Shown here in pieces: positions 57,637 through 64,000 of a DNA stretch of 64,000 bases. Each line of letters opens with the position of its first letter. The first letter of the stretch is position 1. The stretch is from positions 27,038,401-27,102,400 of the forward strand of contig CM120641.1 in assembly GCA_051362555.1 (NCBI GenBank), read 5' to 3'. The DNA comes from Lingula anatina (taxonomy: Eukaryota > Animalia > Brachiopoda). Under the pieces are notes generated by a model. It made no database searches, was not told where the DNA came from, and was given only the letters and a program-made list of their open reading frames with translations. The translations under genes and the position numbers were made by a program.

Positions 57637-60402
57637 TTAGACTCTCTTATTGCCACATGTATATAACTTCAGTTGCACATTACAGCTCATGCTGTTATAT
57701 TTTACAAGTTTCTTTTGCCTCGCTTTCCAGATCTTATGTGGAAGCTTGACATGTGTTTAGGAGACAAGAAAACAAGTTTTATGTAGATTCTTTCTAACTC
57801 CCTCTCCAGTGATCAGAAAAAGACATTTATTTGTTAATTATTAAATATCTTTTTCTGACCGCTAAAGGTAAGTTTGAATAATGTTAAATTGTAATCCTAT
57901 GAATTTTGACCATTTAGCAGTCTGAATTGAATTGATAATATATTTTCAGTTCTTTGACAAAGGTTTTGATTGTCAGTCTGATTTAATAATGTTAAATTCA
58001 CTATTTATTTGTAATTGTATGTTTAGGTGCCTGATAATGGGCCATTCCGTGGTGTGTGTGTCCTGGGCATAAAATTTTCAAATGTACAAAAAGCAGTCAA
58101 AAGTTGCATTTTCTGAAAGAAGAGACTTCAGGGGATAAGAATTTGTAAAAGATTTATCTGTATTTTTTGAATACATGATTTTATAGTGCGTGAAACTTGA
58201 AAAATGTGAAAATTAGCATTACGGACAGAATTTTTATGTACAGACACAGATGTGTCTGTACATGTGGCCGTCACCTGCGTCTGTCGTCGCCGTTGGCGTG
58301 CACTTTTACCGTAAACACGATAAGTGGAAAACAGTTTTACCTCTTGGCTTGAAACTTACAGAACTGATGAATATTCATAATACGCAGGTCAAGTTCGAAA
58401 ATCAGCATGATCGGGCCATTTATATAGAAGTTATGCAGTTTTTTTTCCATTTTTTCAGCATATGTGCAACACCGTAAACACGATCAGTGGAAAACCATTT
58501 TTCCTTTTGGCTTGAAACTTACAGAACTGATGAATATTCATAATACGCAGGGCAAGTTTGAAAATCAGCATGATCGGACCATTTTTAGGGAAGTTATGCT
58601 GTTTTTTTTCCATTTTTTCAGCATTTATGCAACACCGATAACATGATAAGTGGAAAACCATTTTTCCTTTTGGATTGAAACTTACAGATCTGATGAATAT
58701 CTATAATACTCAGGTCAAGTTCAAAAATTGCATGATTGGGCCATTTTTGTGGAAGTTATGCTGTTTTTTTTTCACCTTTTTCAGCATGTATACAACACCT
58801 ATAACACATTTTAAGGAAAATTGATTGGCCAATTGTCTTGAAATTCACAGGAGTGATCAGTGTTACTAAAATACAGATTAAGTTTTGAAAATAAGCTTGA
58901 TCAGTTAAGTTTTGGTGAAGTTATGCCTTTTTTGTATATAAGTGTTTTTTCTTTAAACTTAATTCTCAGGCATGTAAGTCTCATTTTTTAACTAATTTAG
59001 ATATGTTAAGTTGTTTTTTTTTACATTTTCTGCATCTTAACAATATTGTTAGTTGATTATATAAAAATAACGGTAAACCTGTTATTGTCTATTGTGTAAT
59101 AAAGTGTCAAAAATGGAAATAAACTCATTTCTTAACAGTTTGTCAGATTCAATTATATCATTCACTATGTTCAGAATCTCTCAATGGAGCAAATTGGACA
59201 TTTAAAATTGTTCTATTGATATTTTTCCTATGTCAACAATTTTCCTAGTTGATCATTTAAAAATGAAAATAAATTGATTATTTTGCTTAATGTAAAAAAG
59301 GTGTTGTAAATGGAAATAATCCCATTTTAGTAATAGCTATCTCTTGTTTACATTTTGGCATTTTGAAAGTGTGACTCTGAACTTCCATGGTCTAGAAGAC
59401 CTTCCCATATCACATTTTCTGAATATCCATGATACTTTTATTTTTTTATTAAAAAAATTGATGGTCATTGTGCTGTTAAGCATTATGTAATGTTGCATCT
59501 AAATTGAAGACAACCCTATTTTGCGCACTGCCTCCATAGTTACCATTTAAAGAAAAGCATGTCACTTACTCTTCTGAAACTTACAGAAAAGTTGCATAGG
59601 GCTAAAATGTAGCTTCAGTTGGAAAACCCGTTTTATCAAATAACCTTTCTGGGAATTATTTAGTTTTTTGTGAGAATTAAATTTTTCACATAATGACATT
59701 TTCGGGATGTGACTTTGAACTTCTATTGCCTTGAAGACCTTTGCAAATTATATTTTTTGAATATCCATGATACTGTTACTTAATTATTATAAATTGATGG
59801 TCATTATGCTGTTAAGCATTATGTTATATTGCATGAAAGTTGAAAAAAAACCTATTTTGGACACTGCTCCCAGGATAGCGATTAAGGGTAAACCATGTTA
59901 CTTATGATACTCAAACTTACAAAAAAGTTTTATAGGTCTGAAGTGCAGCTTGTGTTGGAAAATCAGAGTGATTGTTTTCTGTTTTGGAAGCAATGCAGTT
60001 CTTTAGAGTACTATGCGGTGCAATAAATGTATATGGATAAAGGTTAGTATGAAATTCTCCCTTGGGTGATCTCTAATTAAATTAAGGTCTATAAAGTAAT
60101 TTGCTTAATCAATTTTCAATTGGGCATTAAATGAGATTACATAAAACACTCGTTGAGATTTCCCTGTAAAGTCCCATAGGTTTAGCTCTGTTAACTGTGT
60201 CACATAATTAGGAGTCAATGATAATTATGCAGGTAAATGTTGTTTTATATTGAAAATAAGTTTACAGAAGAAAATTTTGTGTAAGGCTTACATTAATGCT
60301 AAAGATGAATAACAGGGACTTATAACTCCCAAGGGCATGTAACAGTTCACTTTTATTGATACTACCTGTTGTGCAATATTTGCAACTTGACTTTGCAGTT
60401 AA

Positions 60403-60606
60403 AGGGATAATAACTGTTTGTTTTGGCAAAAAAAAATTTTTTTGTTTTTCTAAAAAGTATTTTTTTGTTATAATCTCTTAAGAGATTATTATAGAATATA
60501 GTCATCTATGGAGGTCATATGGTCTGATGACAAGTTCAGATATCAGAATAATAGCTATAACGCCCTTTTTGTAGTAAAACAAAATATATTATATTTCTGT
60601 GAGTTG
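60403..60606 (+). mobile_element. Truncated Kolobok-like element nested in HINE D2
   Basis: ttaa|agggataataact..., homologous to 62050-62385. Confidence 0.6.
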
Positions 60607-60867
60607 TTGACACTGTTTAAACTCAAGTTGGATGATTCATATCAAGGTAATACAGCTAGACTGATTGGCAGCTTTAGTGGAATATTTTTGTAATTTTTCC
60701 TTTTTTAATTTTTCATTTTTCAAAGTGGTATTTTATAGATGTGACTTATCACTACCATTTACCAGGAGCCCCGTACTGTTACTTTGTAACATTTTCTGTA
60801 TTTTTTTAACTTACAAGAATGATTCTTAGGATTGACGTACAGCCCAAATTAAAAAAACAGCTCTATC

Positions 60868-60916
<49 letters not shown>

Positions 60917-61002
60917 GTTATCATTATTTTTTATCGAGTTTAAGCAATTTTTTTGTGAAATTTTCACTTATTCTCATTCTGGCTTATCAGCCTGAAGCCT
61001 TA

Positions 61003-61213
61003 GGGACCATTTCCAGACCCTATCACACTAACTGTGGGTCCATCTATCTCCAAGGGAATTATCGCTAAATTGCAATCAATGTAAGTGGCTTAGCTGTCCT
61101 ACTGAAACTGGCATGCCAGAATCCTAAGCCGCTTAAGCTGAAAGCAATTTAGTGAGAAACCCCTGCGAGTTGGATTGATCCTTGTAGATTGATCTAGGTA
61201 TGGGAACTCAGTC
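61003..61213. mobile_element. Foldback MITE, family A copy 4, nested in HINE D2
   Basis: tta|gggaccatttcca...tgggaactcagtc|taa. The empty site is preserved in the paralog at about 56845-56868. Confidence 0.82.
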
Positions 61214-62049
61214 TAATGCTTGTTACACATTTTACTTTCATCCCAATCAACTGTTGCGCAGAATTAAAATTTGATGTTGGCTATGCAGTTAAGCATAATA
61301 CATAAGTGCATCAGAATTAACAGTATCCTATTTTCTGCTTTTGTACTTTCTGTTTTTTGTCTGTACATTTGACAGCTTTGCTGCCTTGTTTATTTTTTGC
61401 ATATAACACTCAGAATAAATTTTAATCAATATCTTTCAATTGAGACATAAATTACAGCAATTCCTTGAGGTAAACACATAAAAAAACAAGTGAAATCTTT
61501 AAAAAATAGTTAATTAATCATTAATCCAAAGTCATTTTTTCCGTCCGTAATGATTTGGGCTCTATTTTTTAAGTTTTTTTTTTAAAGACTACTTGGCAAA
61601 AAAAAATTTCCTTTCATATTTTCCTCATCCTAGTCCTATGTTTACCAAATATCCAAAATTAAATTTTTTAACATATTTGATAACAAATTAATTTTATAAT
61701 AAAAAATCATTACCAAGGGAAAATAAGGATTACGGACAGAAAGGCATAGCTACCTGGCTATAACATTTCTACTGAGTGGTTTCATCTGGCATACTCAAGT
61801 AATTGATTTATGAATTTTAAAACTAAAGAAGAACTGTTTCCCTTATAAAGATTATTCACAAATGCAGGATTTAAAGTCAAAAAGTGCTTTTTCTTATCTG
61901 GCAAGACTTGTCAACATCTGGGCAAATAGTTTTATCAAAACAGATGTTTATTACGATTTAGGCATGTTTTCCTTACTAGTACTTCTAATTCAGGAGATAC
62001 ACTGTAAATCTGCATTTTTAATTGATATAGTGTTGTATATGCTGCTTAA

Positions 62050-62385
62050 AGGGATAATAACTCTACGTTTTGGCCAAAAAATGAATTTTCCTGGAGTAAA
62101 CAACAATTTTCCCATACTTACCAATGGTGAATGAATCCATTTTTACATTCAAAGTTAGTCCCTGGTTTTTTTCTAAAAAGTTTGGTTTTTTGTTAAAATC
62201 TCTTAAGAGATTATAACAGAGTATAGCCATCAATGGAGGTCACGTGGTCTGAAGACAAGCTGAGATATCAGAATAAGAGCTATAACTCTTGTTTTTGTCG
62301 TAAAACAGAATATATTATATTTCTATGAGTTATTCACAATGTTTTTATTGTGAATGTAGACCTCATACGAAGAGATATTATCCCT
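62050..62385. mobile_element. Kolobok-like non-autonomous DNA transposon
   Basis: TTAA|AGGGATAATAactct...agagaTATTATCCCT: left TTAA target and AG termini. The right TSD is degenerate. Confidence 0.65.
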
Positions 62386-62435
62386 TAGTTTAATTGTTGA
62401 TTGCTTCTATATTACAATTCCACAGAGGGCAAAAA

Positions 62436-63878
62436 ATGGCATCTTCAGCCACCCATGAGAGTCTGACAGGAAGTTCATCAGTGGCCAGTATAGGGTCAGC
62501 AGAACAACGGCCAAACTTTGTCCACCTTGATGAGCGTTATAAGTGCGCCAAGTGTAAAGATGCCCTGTTAAATCCAATGCAAACTTCATGTGGACATCGC
62601 ATTTGTGAACTCTGCCTTGATTCACTGTTCGGAGAAAATCAGGTCGAGGTCATGTGTCCAGGTGGTGAAGAAGATTGTGACAAACTGAATAAAAATGATG
62701 TCAACTCTGTGAGTATTAATGTCCATTAGCTGTAGAAAAATGTCATTGGTAAAAAATGTCCTCATTGATGATAAACACAAAACTTCTTTTTGAGTTTGGG
62801 TTATCTTTACTAATCTGAAAATATAAACTTTTCTTTTCATTTTCATATGTTTATCTGAAAACCTGGTGATTTTCCAAAATATTCTAATGGTATTTTACCA
62901 TGACTAATTAATGTGAAACTGAGAGCTATTGAACTTTTAGTATCATTTGCAGTCATTCTATTATTATTATGAACCATCATTTACTGGAAGTGCTGCCTGT
63001 TTTAAAATCTGTATAAATTTATGTCCCTGTCTTGATAAATACTTTTTTATATACTAGGTTTTCAAGGACAAGAGCGCTCACAGAGAAATGCAAAGACTTG
63101 AAGTTTACTGCTCAAATAAAAACTATGGATGCCCTAAAAAGATGAAATGGAAAGAGTTGGATGTAAGTACTAATTAGAAGGTCCACATTATTTTAAACAA
63201 AAATTTAATGTAATCTTTCAAATGGCTGAAAATTTAATGAGTTATTGAAGTAAAACTACACTGAATGGCTGACTGTATGTTTTTACACCTAAGTTACATA
63301 TTTCATGTGTGTATTTTAGAAACATTCAGCAGATTGTGAATATACCCCTGAGTGTTGTGTATTTTGTGGCAACCCTATTCCACGTATACAAACAAACCAT
63401 CACCAGACTGAAGAATGTTCACAGCGACCAGTAGCATGTCGGTATTGCCTACAACAGGTGCCCTTTTCAGAGTATGAGGTAAGATTAATGTAATATTGTA
63501 AAATCATTTTTGATTTTAGCAAAAAATAATAGTGACCTTAACTGGCCAAACATCAAACTATATATTATTGTGTTAATGTTCAATATCTTTAAAGCAGTTG
63601 TACTTTTTGGGATGGAAATGATAATTATTAATGCTATTTAAAAAAAATTTTAAGCGATTCTTTTAAATTTGTCCATTGCGACAAAAGCATTTGGAGTTTT
63701 TACATTAGATAATTTTGTATTACCACAGAGGTATTAAAACTGTACAGTTTTTTTACATATTGTTTTTACATACTTAATTGTTTTGACTTGGTTGCAGACA
63801 CACATAGATGAAACATGTCTTGAAGTCCAAGTGGATTGTCCACACAAATGTGGTGCAACTGGAATTAAAAGAGGGGAG
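62436..63878 (+). CDS. TNF receptor-associated factor (TRAF2/3-like): RING plus TRAF zinc fingers, 3' part beyond the window
   Basis: Exons 62436-62708, 63058-63162, 63320-63478, 63798-63878. RING: YKCAKC..ALLNPMQTSCGHRICELC...CPGGEEDC. Linker: VFKDKSAHREMQRLEVYCSNK..GC. TRAF zinc fingers: H...C....CC..C, H...EC..RPV.C.YC, H....C.....CP.KCG. Confidence 0.88.
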
Positions 63879-64000
63879 GTACAATATCTTTTTACTAGTA
63901 GCATTTGTTAGGTCTGCTATCTAATATTTCTTCAAAATTTCTTAGAATTATTTCTCTGAATGACAATCTATAACTTTCTTAATAGACAATCTTAAAAGTT

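Larger units (their letters stand above)
58231..61391 (+). mobile_element. HINE-like element, family D copy 2 (complete ends, nested insertions)
   Basis: ttttt-atgtacagacac-agat-gtgtctgtacat hairpin (58236-63), then (gtc)n and 163-bp units at 58311, 58474, 58637 and 58800. The 3' subTIR gtctgtacat is followed by the gacagc/gctgcc hairpin and ttgttt. Confidence 0.8.

Overview
This is AT-rich, intron-rich animal genomic DNA, probably from an aquatic invertebrate and possibly a lophotrochozoan (inferred from gene content and repeat types, not proven). Bases 1-43 kb are a compact housekeeping cluster: the 3' end of GNPNAT1 (+), NDUFAF1/CIA30 (-) divergent from CHP1 (+), SEC23 (-) divergent from a selenoprotein L gene (+), then a 28-exon ninein-like gene (+). 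The selenoprotein gene is invisible in the ORF track. Splicing nine GT-AG exons gives about 301 aa with two in-frame TGA codons in a thioredoxin-like UxxU motif (LLRHFA-U-LP-U-RDH). A canonical type II SECIS hairpin sits just after the stop codon, and there is a small hairpin 5 nt after the second UGA. Bases 44-62 kb are a nested stack of non-autonomous DNA transposons: Helentron/HINE-like elements carrying satellite arrays, a Ginger-like element with a CCGG TSD, Harbinger-like MITEs (one with both filled and empty sites in the window) and Kolobok-like elements. They surround an NF-kB-site-rich candidate promoter and non-coding first exon. A TRAF-family gene starts at 62436 and runs off the window. 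All exon models were read by eye and need RNA-seq confirmation.
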